DNA of 56,109 nt from Alphaproteobacteria bacterium (GTDB lineage Bacteria; Pseudomonadota; Alphaproteobacteria; Bin95). Below, piece by piece: positions 46,752 to 56,109 of this stretch (its first letter is position 1; each line of letters begins with the position of its first letter). The stretch is from NCBI GenBank assembly GCA_026710105.1, contig JAPORR010000018.1:1-56109 (forward strand). The letters run 5' to 3'. Both the position numbers and the translations under genes were made by a program. The notes below the pieces were generated by a model. That model was not told the DNA's origin and searched no databases. It saw only the letters and a program-made list of their open reading frames with translations.

Positions 46752-49037
46752 CTATTCCTCCGCTGCCGCGGTCTGCTCATCCACTGCCTTGCGGACCTTG
46801 GGCGGCGACATGGGCAGCTCCGTCAGCCGGATGCCGATCGCGTCTTGGATGGCGTTCGCCATCGCGGCCATGGGTGGCACGATCGGCACTTCGCCGACGC
46901 CGCGCGCACCATAGGGATGGCGCGGGTTCGGCACTTCGACGACGACCGTATCGATCATCGGCAGGTCCGAGGCGACCGGGATGCGATAGTCGAGAAAACC
47001 TGGATTCTCCAGCCGCCCCTGCTCGTCATAGATATATTCTTCGTTCAGCGCCCAGCCGATGCCCTGCACCGCACCGCCCTGGATCTGGCCCTCGACATAG
47101 GAGGGATGGATGGCACGGCCGGCGTCCTGCGTCGCCAGATAACGCAGCACCTTCACATGGCCGGTCTCCCGGTCCACCTCGACATCGACCAGATGGGTGC
47201 CGAAGCCGGGGCCCGCGCCTTGCGCGTTGAGCGAGGAGGTAGAGGCGATCGGCCCGCCTGTGCGGCCCGACGTGGCAGCGATGTCCTCCAGCGACAGCGG
47301 CTCGAAATCGCCGGCATTGCTGCCGGCGGGTAAGGCCTGACCGTCCTTCCACTCGACCGCCTCGACTGGGATGTCCCAGGTCTTGGCAGCACGCGCCTTG
47401 AGTTCATTGACCACGGCCCTGGATGCCTCCACCACGGCCATGCCGGTGGCGAAGGTGACACGGCTGCCACCGGTGAGGAAGCAGTAGCCGACCGAGCTCG
47501 TGTCCGCGACGATCGGGCGGACGCGTTCCACATCAATGCCGAGCACTTCGGCCGCCATCATCGCCATAGAGGCACGGGAGCCACCGATATCCGGGTTGCC
47601 GGTAGCGACCACTGCCGTGCCGTCCTCATTGATGTTGACGGTCGCGGAGGACTCGCCACCGATATTGAACCAGAAGCCAGAGGCGACACCGCGGCCCTGA
47701 TTGGGTCCGAGCGGCGCCTGGTAGTTCGGATGATTCTTCACCGCCTCCAGCGTCTCGACATAGCCGATGTCGCCGAAGGTCGGACCGTAGGCGGCCTTGG
47801 TGCCCTTTTTCGCGGCGTTTTTCAGCCGGAGCTCGACTGGGTCCATGCCGAGTTCGCGCGCCAACTCGTCAACCGCGCTCTCGACGCCGAAGGTCGAGAT
47901 CGGCGCGCCCGGCGCCCTGTAGGCGGCAACCTTGGGCCGGTTAGTCACCACATCATAGCCGGTGATGCGCACGTCCTGGAGGTCGTACATCGCAAAGGCG
48001 GTCATGCAGCCGGGGCCGACGGGCGAGCCTGCATAGGCGCCTGCCTGGTATTTCAGTACCGCATCGCCAGCAACGATGACGCCGTCACGCGTCGCGCCAA
48101 TCTTGACCCAGACCGTGCCGCCCGAGGTCGGGCCGGAGCCGCGGAACACTTCCTCGCGGGTCATCACCATCTTGACGGGTCGCCCGGACTTGCGCGACAG
48201 CACAACCGCAAGCGGCTCCAGATAGACTAGTGTTTTGCCGCCGAAGCCGCCACCGATCTCCAGCGGCGTCACACGGATTTCGGAAATGTCGATGCCGAGC
48301 AGCTTTGCCACATAGGCGCGGACCATGAACTGCCCTTGGCTGGAGCAGAAGATCTGCACCTGCCCGTCGGCGGCGTATTGCGCAACGCAAGCATGTGGCT
48401 CGATATAGCCCTGATGGACCGGCGCGGTCTTGTATTTCCGCTCAATGACGATGTCTGCCTTCTCGAAGGCCGCATCTACATCGCCCAACTGGAAGACCAT
48501 GCGCCTTGAGACATTTGAGGGCGTCGTCGGCTTCGGATCGACGCCGGCGGTGAACATATCATCATGCAGGATGGGCGCGCCTTCGACCATCGCATCCTCG
48601 ACCTCAATGACATGCGGTAGCACCTCGTAGTCCACCTTGATGGCCGAGAGCGCAGCATCGGCGGCGGCGGCGCTGGTGGCAGCTACGGCAGCTACGGCAT
48701 GGCCGTCATAGAGCACCTTGCCGCGCGCCATGGTGTTGTCGGACATGTCACGGAAATTCGCCGGGCCTTCGCCGACGAAGGCTTCCTCGTTCGGAATGTC
48801 GGGCATGTCGGCGGCGGTCATCACCGCCTTCACGCCCGGCACTGCTTCCGCCTTGGAAGTGTCGATGGACCGGATGCGGGCATGGGCGTGTGGGCTGCGC
48901 AGCACCTTGCCGATGAGCTGGCCGGGAAGCTGGAAATCAGCCCCGAACTGGGCGCGGCCGGTGACCTTGTCCACGCCGTCTGGGCGAATCGGGCGGGTGC
49001 CGATGATCCTGAGGCTGGTGGTTCCGTCTGGCGCCAT
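46752..49037 (-). CDS. Xanthine dehydrogenase family molybdopterin-binding large subunit
   Basis: DKVTGRA, LRSPHAHARI, GGGFGGK, AYRAPG, VEGQIQGG, ARGVGE catalytic Glu. Confidence 0.94.
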   Translation of the reverse strand: MAPDGTTSLRIIGTRPIRPDGVDKVTGRAQFGADFQLPGQLIGKVLRSPHAHARIRSIDTSKAEAVPGVKAVMTAADMPDIPNEEAFVGEGPANFRDMSDNTMARGKVLYDGHAVAAVAATSAAAADAALSAIKVDYEVLPHVIEVEDAMVEGAPILHDDMFTAGVDPKPTTPSNVSRRMVFQLGDVDAAFEKADIVIERKYKTAPVHQGYIEPHACVAQYAADGQVQIFCSSQGQFMVRAYVAKLLGIDISEIRVTPLEIGGGFGGKTLVYLEPLAVVLSRKSGRPVKMVMTREEVFRGSGPTSGGTVWVKIGATRDGVIVAGDAVLKYQAGAYAGSPVGPGCMTAFAMYDLQDVRITGYDVVTNRPKVAAYRAPGAPISTFGVESAVDELARELGMDPVELRLKNAAKKGTKAAYGPTFGDIGYVETLEAVKNHPNYQAPLGPNQGRGVASGFWFNIGGESSATVNINEDGTAVVATGNPDIGGSRASMAMMAAEVLGIDVERVRPIVADTSSVGYCFLTGGSRVTFATGMAVVEASRAVVNELKARAAKTWDIPVEAVEWKDGQALPAGSNAGDFEPLSLEDIAATSGRTGGPIASTSSLNAQGAGPGFGTHLVDVEVDRETGHVKVLRYLATQDAGRAIHPSYVEGQIQGGAVQGIGWALNEEYIYDEQGRLENPGFLDYRIPVASDLPMIDTVVVEVPNPRHPYGARGVGEVPIVPPMAAMANAIQDAIGIRLTELPMSPPKVRKAVDEQTAAAEE

Positions 49038-49038
49038 G

Positions 49039-49518
49039 TCAGGATGCTCCTCTCATGTCGGCGGCCGTGTCTAGCACGGCGCGGATGATCTTGTCGTAGC
49101 CGGTGCAGCGGCAGAGATTGCCGGCGAGCCAGTAACGTGCCTCTTCCTCGGTCGGATCGGGGTTGTGCTCCAGCAGTGCCTTGGAGGCGATGAGGAAGCC
49201 CGGTGTGCAGATGCCGCATTGCAGCGCAGCGTATTCGAGGAACTTCTGCTGCAATGGGTGCAGCTTGTCGCCGTCGGCCATACCCTCGATGGTCTCGACA
49301 GCGTGGCCCTCGGCCTCAACGCCCAGCATCAGGCAGGCGCAAACGAGACGCCCGTCGACGGTGATCGAGCAGGCACCGCAGTCGCCCGTGGCGCAGCCTT
49401 CCTTGGTGCCGGTCAGATGCAACTCGTCGCGCAGCACATCAAGCATAGTCTGCTCTGTGTTACAGAGGAATTCGACTGGCTCGCCGTTGATGGTTGTGGA
49501 AATGTGGTGTTTCGCCAT
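49039..49518 (-). CDS. Xanthine dehydrogenase family 2Fe-2S small subunit
   Basis: GTKEGCATGDCGACSI, QCGICTPG, GNLCRCTGY. Confidence 0.95.
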   Translation of the reverse strand: MAKHHISTTINGEPVEFLCNTEQTMLDVLRDELHLTGTKEGCATGDCGACSITVDGRLVCACLMLGVEAEGHAVETIEGMADGDKLHPLQQKFLEYAALQCGICTPGFLIASKALLEHNPDPTEEEARYWLAGNLCRCTGYDKIIRAVLDTAADMRGAS

Positions 49519-49526
49519 GATTTGGC

Positions 49527-50393
49527 TCAGGCTCCTGCGCGCTTGAAGGCGATGGCGGCCGCACGGCGCGACAGCACGCCTGCGACCCTGGTGCGGTATT
49601 CGATGGTGCCGCGCTTGTCGGAAATCGGGTTGCAGGCAGCCTGCGCGGCGGCGTCGAGCGTGGCGAGTGCCGCATCATCAAGCTTGCTGCCGACCAACGC
49701 CGCCGCTGCAGCCGAAACAACCAGCACGGTGGGAGCAACGGCACCGAGCGACACCTTGGCGGCCCTGCAGACGCCTTGCCCGTCCAGCGTCACGCAAACG
49801 CCGGCGCCGACGACGGCAATGTCCATTTCCGTGCGCGGGATGAAACGCAGATAGGCGTCGCCCGTGCGCACCGGCTTCGGCGGCAGCTTGACCGCAATCA
49901 CCATTTCGCCCTTTGCGAGCGAAGTCCGGCCCGGCCCGGTCGGCACCTGCTCGACCGCAATCTCGCGCTCCCCGTTCGGACCGGCAATGACGACTGTGGC
50001 GCCCGCGGCTACCAGCGCCGGCACGGCATCGGCCGCCGGCGAGGCATTGCAGAGATTGCCGACAAAGGAAGCCCGGCCTTGGATCTGGGTCGAACCGATC
50101 AACTCGACCGCCTCGACGACACCCGGCCAGTCCCTCGAGAGGGCGGCGTGCTCGCCCGCCTCAGCGCCGGAAACAGACGCACCGATCCGGTAGCCGCCAC
50201 CCTCGGTCGTGATTGTCCGGAGTTCGGGGATCCGTTTGGTATCGACGATCAGGTCCGGCTTCAGAATGCCGGAGCGCAATTGGACGAGAAGGTCCGTGCC
50301 TCCGGCTAGCACCCTAGTGACGCCGCTTGCGTTCGCCAGCAACTGCACTGCATCGGCCACCGTCGTGGGCGCAGCAAAACTCGGCGCGTACAT
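49527..50393 (-). CDS. Xanthine dehydrogenase family FAD-binding medium subunit
   Basis: LAGGTDL, IGSTQI.GRAS..GNLCNASPAAD, PISDKRGTIEYR. Confidence 0.94.
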   Translation of the reverse strand: MYAPSFAAPTTVADAVQLLANASGVTRVLAGGTDLLVQLRSGILKPDLIVDTKRIPELRTITTEGGGYRIGASVSGAEAGEHAALSRDWPGVVEAVELIGSTQIQGRASFVGNLCNASPAADAVPALVAAGATVVIAGPNGEREIAVEQVPTGPGRTSLAKGEMVIAVKLPPKPVRTGDAYLRFIPRTEMDIAVVGAGVCVTLDGQGVCRAAKVSLGAVAPTVLVVSAAAAALVGSKLDDAALATLDAAAQAACNPISDKRGTIEYRTRVAGVLSRRAAAIAFKRAGA

Positions 50394-50566
50394 GCTTCCT
50401 CCTAAATCTCGCAAGGTCGCGCAAACAGGCCCACCGACGCGCCATCGGAGCGAGCGAGCCTCTCGGATAACTCTAGTTTAGAGCCGCCGCCGCCCTTTGG
50501 CGAGTGCGCAGCGTCGATAAGTCGCCTCGCTTTTGCTTCCCTGCCACCGGAGCAGGATGGCGTGCA

Positions 50567-51067
50567 TCAAAAATCGAGAATGACAGGCTTGTGGCCGCAA
50601 TGCTCTATGAAGCGCACAAGGTCTTCCGGGGCGATGGCGGTGGTCCGGTCATTGCGCAGCGGATGGTAGTTCAGCGGCGAGAATTCCAGCATCCGGGCTT
50701 GCAGCACAGGCTGCACACGCTGCGCATGGTCGTTGATGAGGGCGAAGGGGGTGACGGTGCCGGGAAGAATGCCAAGCACGTCCATCAGGCGTTCGGCCGA
50801 GCCGAAGGATGGCCGGCCTGCGCCAATCCGCCCGCCGAGATCCTTCAGATCAATCCTGGCGTCTTCCAGGCAAACAACCAGCCAGTAGGCATTCTTCCGA
50901 TTCTTCAGGAACAAGTTCTTGCAATGACCGCCTGGGATGCTGCCGCGTAGCGCGCGGTTCTCGCCGACTGTGAACACCGGCTCGTGTCGGATGGTGCTGT
51001 GAGCGATCCCAAGCTCGTCGAGGCGGGTGAACAGGTCCTCGGGCGCCGCCGGCGTGGATGCGCTCAT
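50567..51067 (-). CDS. YbaK/ProX-family tRNA deacylase (PrdX/ProXp-ala-like)
   Basis: H.PVFTV, HCKNLFLK, SFGS.ERL, PGTVTPFAL, HPLRND.T. Confidence 0.9.
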   Translation of the reverse strand: MSASTPAAPEDLFTRLDELGIAHSTIRHEPVFTVGENRALRGSIPGGHCKNLFLKNRKNAYWLVVCLEDARIDLKDLGGRIGAGRPSFGSAERLMDVLGILPGTVTPFALINDHAQRVQPVLQARMLEFSPLNYHPLRNDRTTAIAPEDLVRFIEHCGHKPVILDF

Positions 51068-52461
51068 ACTGCGGGGGCTGCAGCCAGCGTGGCGGCATCC
51101 CGGTGGGGAAGCGCCATCAGCACGGCCTTCAACCGTCTGGCCGCCACCTCGCCGATAGCCTCGGCCGCCAGCGCATCATATTTGGAGAGCAGCGCCGCCT
51201 CGCGGCCCGGATGACCGGGCGCGCCGGAGGGATTGAGGGTTTCCAACCGTTCCACGCGCCCATTGGGCCTGGCAATTTCGACCCAACCAGGGTAATCGGT
51301 AGGATAGATCTCATCGAGTGCGACGTCCGGCACCAGCTCGATGCGCTGAGCGAGTGCGATCAATTCCGGGTCGTTCAGCCGCTCGTCGGTATATTGCGCC
51401 GGCAACGCATTGCCGTCGGTGAGCGCGGCGGCGATGGTGAAGCGCGCGCTCATCTGGCCGTTGAGCGCGGTGCCGGGTTCGTAATCAAAGCCGCATTGGA
51501 CATCAACGACGTGTGGCAGGCCGGCGCGGATCGTCTCGTCCGGCAGGGGCATCCGCCCGAGGCGATCGCGGAGCGCACGGGCGACATCGACATAGGCATG
51601 CAGCGAGCCGCAGCAGGAATAGGGCTTGAAATAGACTTGCTCGACAGCCCAGCTTTCGCCGATCCCCTCCAGCAGATGTTCCGGCTTCGCCGCATCCGAG
51701 AAGGCATCTAGAAAGCCGCCATCGGCGGCTTCCAGCACGCTGGCGGGACCGGTGAAGCCCACAGCCGCCAATTCCGCCGCCATGACACCGGCATGGGCAG
51801 CACGGCCGGGATGGAGGCGCTTGCTCATCGCACCGTCCGCATTGAAGGCGAACAGGCCGGACCCCTGGGTCGCACCGAGGCCGAGCGCCCAGGCCGCCGC
51901 TGCCTCATCGAGCCCGAACAACACCACTCCTGCGGCGGCGGCACCCAGCGGGCCACATACGCCTGTCAGATGCCAGCCACGCAGCCGCGCTGCATTGGGG
52001 TCGAGCGCCAGCGCGGCACGGACCATCACCTCATAGCCGGCGGCTACAGCTGTCTCGATGACATCACCGCCGGAGTCGAGCCGCTCGGCAAGGGCCAGCG
52101 CTGCCGGGATGACCACTGCACCTGGATGCAGCTTGGCAATAAAATCATCGAGTTCGAAAGCGTGGGCCGCGACGCCGTTCACAAACGCGGCGTCGGCAGG
52201 CCGGAGCGAGGGCTGTGGCTCCCCCCAGACTGTCGCGAGCCCCCCGCCATCGCCCGGCGGCGCGTAGCCCCGCCGCGCCCAGGAGAGTGCGGTTTCGGCC
52301 CAGAATTCCTGCCGCCCATGCAGCGCAGCGCCCATTGTGTCCAGAAGGGCGAGACGAGCGGCATGGCAGGCGCTGTCCGGCAACGTCTCGTGCCTGAGGC
52401 CGGCCAGCCACCCGGCGAGCGCGGCAGTCAGGGCGGGCGTTTCGCTGCGGTCGCGTGGCAT
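51064..52461 (-). CDS. MmgE/PrpD family protein
   Basis: AAFVNGVAAHAFELDD, HPGAVVIPAALA, RGWH.TG, KRLHPG, FKPYSCC..H; ATG 52461. Confidence 0.9.
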   Translation of the reverse strand: MPRDRSETPALTAALAGWLAGLRHETLPDSACHAARLALLDTMGAALHGRQEFWAETALSWARRGYAPPGDGGGLATVWGEPQPSLRPADAAFVNGVAAHAFELDDFIAKLHPGAVVIPAALALAERLDSGGDVIETAVAAGYEVMVRAALALDPNAARLRGWHLTGVCGPLGAAAAGVVLFGLDEAAAAWALGLGATQGSGLFAFNADGAMSKRLHPGRAAHAGVMAAELAAVGFTGPASVLEAADGGFLDAFSDAAKPEHLLEGIGESWAVEQVYFKPYSCCGSLHAYVDVARALRDRLGRMPLPDETIRAGLPHVVDVQCGFDYEPGTALNGQMSARFTIAAALTDGNALPAQYTDERLNDPELIALAQRIELVPDVALDEIYPTDYPGWVEIARPNGRVERLETLNPSGAPGHPGREAALLSKYDALAAEAIGEVAARRLKAVLMALPHRDAATLAAAPAV

Positions 52462-52572
52462 GGCGGGTCTCCGGAAGCAACGGCCAACGCGCCGCGAGGG
52501 TTCCAACGGCGGCGTTTCCCGGCTAAAGAATGCAGGAATCGCGGCCCGGCCGCAAACCGGGAGAGCGCAACC

Positions 52573-53766
52573 ATGCCGGGTCCGTTCCATGGCCTGAGAG
52601 TCATCGATCTGACGACAGTGGTTGTCGGCCCCTATACCAGCCAGTTCCTGGGCGATCTGGGGGCCGATATCATCAAGGTCGAGGCGCCGGAGGGCGACCT
52701 TTCGCGGCTGGTCGGGCCCCACCGCAATCCGGGCATGACCTCGCAGTGGATGCATGTGAACCGCAACAAGCGCAGCATCGTCCTCGACCTCAAGACCGAA
52801 GGCGGCAAACAGGCGATGGACCGCCTGATCGGCACGGCCGACGTTTTCGTCCACAATATGCGCCCGGAACCGCTTGCGCGCCTCGGCCTCGATTATGCGC
52901 GCGTGTCCGGGATTAAGCCGGACATTGTGTTCTGCAATATCTGGGGGTTCGGGCGCAGCGGGCCCTATGCCGGCCGGGCCGCCTTCGACGATGTGATCCA
53001 AGCGGGTGCCGGCCTCGCCGCGCTGGAGGGGTTTGCTACGGGCGAGGCGAAATATGTGCCCATGCTCATCGCCGACAAGACGACGGCGCTGTTCGCTGCG
53101 CTCGCGGTTTCCGGCGCGCTCTACCACCGCCTGGCGACCGGCGAGGGGCAGGAGGTCGAGGTGCCGATGTTCGAGAGCATGGCCGGGTTCGCGCTCGTGG
53201 AGCATCTCTGGGGCGAGACCTTTGTGCCGGCTCTGGACCGGGTGGGCTCCGAGCGCCATGCCACGCCGAAGCGCTGGCCGATCGCGACCAAGGACGGGTT
53301 CATCTGCGTGCTGGCGACGTCCGACAAGCACTGGCGCGCCGTGCTGAAAATCGCCGGGCGGTTGGAGCTGATCGACGACCCCCGCTATGCGACCCGTCCG
53401 GCCCGTTTCAGGCATCGGGACGAAATCAACGCCGAGCTCGAAACCTGGATGCGGGAGAAGACCACCGAGGAATGGGCTGGGTCGCTGTCGGAGGCAGGCG
53501 TGCCTTGCATGCCCGTGCAGAGCCTGGAACAGGTGGTGGCGGACCCGCATCTGGCGTCGGTCGGCTTCTGGCAGGAGATGGACCATCCGAGCGAGGGCCG
53601 GCTCAGGCTGATGGCGCCTCCGCTGACACTCAATCGCTCGCCTGCCACGATCCGCCGCCCGCCGCCGCGCCAGGGTGAGCATACGCGAGACGTGCTGGCA
53701 GAAATCGGCTTCGACTCCGTTGGGGTCGAGAACCTGCTGGCCTCCGGCGCGGCGATTGCGGAATAA
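52573..53766 (+). CDS. CaiB/BaiF family (class III) CoA-transferase
   Basis: GLRVIDLT, LGDLGADIIKVE.P.GD, NRNKRSIVLDLK, catalytic IAD, GEHTRDVL. Confidence 0.94.
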   Translation: MPGPFHGLRVIDLTTVVVGPYTSQFLGDLGADIIKVEAPEGDLSRLVGPHRNPGMTSQWMHVNRNKRSIVLDLKTEGGKQAMDRLIGTADVFVHNMRPEPLARLGLDYARVSGIKPDIVFCNIWGFGRSGPYAGRAAFDDVIQAGAGLAALEGFATGEAKYVPMLIADKTTALFAALAVSGALYHRLATGEGQEVEVPMFESMAGFALVEHLWGETFVPALDRVGSERHATPKRWPIATKDGFICVLATSDKHWRAVLKIAGRLELIDDPRYATRPARFRHRDEINAELETWMREKTTEEWAGSLSEAGVPCMPVQSLEQVVADPHLASVGFWQEMDHPSEGRLRLMAPPLTLNRSPATIRRPPPRQGEHTRDVLAEIGFDSVGVENLLASGAAIAE

Positions 53767-53777
53767 TGTAGTTACAT
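53766..53777. promoter_or_regulatory. Palindrome, probable TA autoregulatory operator
   Basis: ATGTA-GT-TACAT in the AT-rich segment upstream of the antitoxin. Confidence 0.5.
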
Positions 53778-53844
53778 AGTAGTCTTGAATTAGTGGATGC
53801 GGTGGAGCATGTTGTCGTCATTGGCAGCGTAAGGAGCGGTTCTT

Positions 53845-54105
53845 ATGGAAATGGCTCTCAGGGAGGCCAAGGCACGCTTTTCGGAATTGGTCGCTGAGGC
53901 CTGCCGAGGCGAGCGCGTGGTCATCACCAAATACGGCCGGCCAGTGGTCGAACTGGTGCGCTGCGAGCGGCACGGCGGGATCGATTTCGACAAGCTGGAA
54001 GAAGACCGGCGGCGGCTCGGCCTCATGGGCGACGGGGAAGGGTGGCCGGAGGAGTTCAACGATCCCGCCTTCAGTCGCCGCGTCCTGGGGCTGGAAGACG
54101 AGTAA
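53845..54105 (+). CDS. Phd/YefM family antitoxin
   Basis: EAKARFSELV....GE.VVITKYGRPVVELV; AAGGAG RBS. Confidence 0.92.
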   Translation: MEMALREAKARFSELVAEACRGERVVITKYGRPVVELVRCERHGGIDFDKLEEDRRRLGLMGDGEGWPEEFNDPAFSRRVLGLEDE

Positions 54106-54116
54106 GCGGACAACCG

Positions 54117-54527
54117 GTGCGGATTCTTCTCGATACCTCCTTTCTCTACGACCTGATGGATGCGCCCGGAAAGTTCGCGGATTTTCGGCACCGGATATTG
54201 GCGTCGGGCGAGACACAGCTTTATGTAAGCGCGGTGTCGATCTGGGAGATGCGGCTGAAGCACAGTGCCCGCCATGCTTCGGGCGAGCACAAGAGCCGGT
54301 TCGACCCGAACGATGTGATTCCCGTGCTGGAAAACCAGGACGTGACATTTCTGCCGATGACGATACGCCACGCGGCGCGTTCCCTCGATACGCCGCTTGG
54401 CCACAGGGACCCATTCGACGAATTGCTGCTCGCCCAGGTCCAGGAGGAAGGGCTCAAACTGCTCACCGTGGACCGGCTCCTCGTCGGCCATCCGCTTGCC
54501 GTTGGCTCGTACGAGGCCGGACCATGA
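54117..54527 (+). CDS. VapC/PIN-domain toxin
   Basis: ILLDT, VSAVSIWE, HRDPFD.LL.AQ...EGL.LLTVD. Confidence 0.9.
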   Translation: MRILLDTSFLYDLMDAPGKFADFRHRILASGETQLYVSAVSIWEMRLKHSARHASGEHKSRFDPNDVIPVLENQDVTFLPMTIRHAARSLDTPLGHRDPFDELLLAQVQEEGLKLLTVDRLLVGHPLAVGSYEAGP

Positions 54528-55084
54528 TGCAGGACGTGCCGGCAGGGCACATCGCTGCTGTCGTCACCGACCTGGAGATGACAGCGCCGCCCACCGATCC
54601 TGGCCCGGCTGCCTCGCTGGTCAGGTGGCATAATCCGGACCTCGATGCCTACCGCGCCCTGTTTCGCGAGATCGGCGAAGAGTGGCTATGGTTCTCCCGC
54701 CTCTCGCTCCTGGATTCCGAGTTGGCTACCATCCTGCACGACCCGCAGGTGGAGATGTATGCCGGTCCGGAAGGAGAGAGCATCGTCGAGCTCGATTTCC
54801 GCAAGCAAGGGGTGTGCGAGATCGCATTCTTCGGCCTGGCGCCGTCCATGACCGGCCGCGGGGAAGGGCGTCGGTTGATGACGGCGGCGCTCGCGCTGGC
54901 ATGGCGCGAGGGCATCAGCCGGGTCTGGCTGCATACCTGCACGCTCGACCACCCTGCGGCGTTGCCCTTATATCTCTCCTGTGGTTTCCGCGCGGTGCGC
55001 CGGCGCGTCGAGATCGAGCCCGATCCGAGGCTGGACGGGCGCATGGCGCGGCACGCGGCAGCGCACCATCCCGTGATCCTCTGA
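54524..55084 (+). CDS. GNAT family N-acetyltransferase
   Basis: W.WFSRL, EIAFFGL, acetyl-CoA loop GRGEGRRLM, WLHTCTLDHPAAL.LY...GF. Confidence 0.88.
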   Translation: MMQDVPAGHIAAVVTDLEMTAPPTDPGPAASLVRWHNPDLDAYRALFREIGEEWLWFSRLSLLDSELATILHDPQVEMYAGPEGESIVELDFRKQGVCEIAFFGLAPSMTGRGEGRRLMTAALALAWREGISRVWLHTCTLDHPAALPLYLSCGFRAVRRRVEIEPDPRLDGRMARHAAAHHPVIL

Positions 55085-55164
55085 ATGCGGTTTCCAGGGT
55101 CCGCCTTGCGCGCGGCTGCTGGAATTTCCTAAAGACGCCTTTGGAACCGCGGCTCCCCGGGTTC

Positions 55165-56064
55165 AGGGCTTGCTTGAGGCCCCTGTCGCGGCGGGGGTTG
55201 GTGGCAATGATCGGGACATGACCGAGGCGTTCGCTGACCGCGTGTATCTCCGTCGCGTCATAGGCACCGTCCATAAGGTCGTAGAGATTCGCGACCCGGC
55301 CGGCCGTTATGGTGGGGGATGGCGACCTGGGAGTCGTGCAGGGAAGCCGAGGTGAGGATGGCACTGAGCGGGATCCCGCAGTCGGCTGTGTCGATATGCA
55401 ACTTGTAGCCGCGCCAAGTCTCCCGGATACCGCGGGCGTTCTTCTTCGTGCCCCGGTCGCAGACCTTCGGGAGGTCGTCGAGCATTGCCTTGAGGCTCAT
55501 GCCGCCCGCCTGGCGTTCGAGGCGGGTTGGCGTCTTCGGTCTCTCCTCACCCTTACGGGGACGCCCACGCTTCGGCTTCTTGACCTCCACCTTGGCCATC
55601 GCTGCCTCCCGACCCTCGATGGCGGTAGCGTCCCGCGATACATGTGAGCGTCCCACCAAGCGCATCGACCACCAGGGCCTCATGCATCCTATCTGCCAGA
55701 CGCGCTTCAGCGAACTCCGCAAAGGCCCGCGAAAACGTCGCCTCGCTCGGAATAGCCCCGAGGCGGGACCAACCGCACAGCCGCCGCAATGCCGGCCCGA
55801 GCCTGTCGATCAGGTGCCGCGTCGTCGGAAGGTCCCACACTGCCTTGGCCAGAAAGGCTCGCGCAAGAGCGCGTCGGTCCTCTGGAGGGCGACCCGCTTC
55901 CTGGCGCGCCCACAAAGCCTTCGACGCCGACGAGATCGAGCGCCGCCACGAAACGGCGATGCGTCCCAAGCAGAGGACCCACCTCTTCCGCCAGCGCCGG
56001 GAACAACTCCCCTTGAAACTTGAAACCTGTGCCAGAAATCGGATAGCTTCGCGCTCAGGGTCAT
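55165..56064 (-). pseudogene. Frameshifted, 3'-truncated DDE transposase (IS5/IS1182-like)
   Basis: Fragments in changing frames: GRPPEDRRALARAF, PSEATFSRAF, HVSRDATAIE, GYKLHID, SASLHDSQVAIP, YDLMDGAYD; AAGGAG before ATG 56064. Confidence 0.85.
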
Positions 56065-56109
56065 CGGGGTTGTCTCCTTGGTCGCTTGTGGCTGTCGTAA
56101 ACCCAAGAT

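Noticed and set aside
46752-50393. Aerobic CO dehydrogenase (coxMSL)
   Set aside because: Gene order fits, but the active-site loop is AYRAPG rather than AYxCSFR, and coxDEFG are absent.
51064-53766. Apparent 872-aa and 657-aa overlapping fusion proteins
   Set aside because: Each is a real gene (ATG 52461 or 52573) extended through the antisense of its divergent neighbour.
1-56109. CRISPR array, tRNA/rRNA, prophage, retron or other reverse-transcriptase systems
   Set aside because: No regularly spaced repeats, RNA gene signatures or corresponding protein motifs were seen by eye.

Overview
GC-rich alphaproteobacterial (Rhodospirillales-like, by gene content and synteny) chromosomal window that is mostly intact core and metabolic genes: dienelactone hydrolase, recQ, soxBDAG-allA, enoyl-CoA hydratase, bolA/J-domain/cobS/cobT, secA, csp, rpmF-plsX-fabH-ihfA-merR, Kef-type antiporter, usp, tandem glycine riboswitch + gcvT-H-PA-PB, ThDP enzyme, alaX-sseA-metC, pccA-like carboxylase + free BCCP, SCO-cobB, betA, sigma32/ROSE-like hsp20, an orphan formate dehydrogenase alpha subunit coupled to an orphan DctP-like protein, a xanthine-dehydrogenase-family operon ending in a MoaD/ThiS protein, PrdX-MmgE/PrpD, a class III CoA-transferase and a Phd-PIN toxin-antitoxin pair coupled to a GNAT. 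Mobile DNA sits at three spots (window start, ~43.8-46.3 kb, window end): two DUF4338-type remnants, an IS1634 with perfect 17-bp IRs but no target duplication, and a frameshifted DDE transposase. No rRNA, tRNA or CRISPR array was seen. I found no unambiguous novel system. The best leads are the molybdoenzyme-MoaD-PrdX-PrpD-CoA-transferase locus, the orphan FDH/DctP pair, and micro-indels confined to mobile DNA. All calls come from motif recognition by eye, not database searches.
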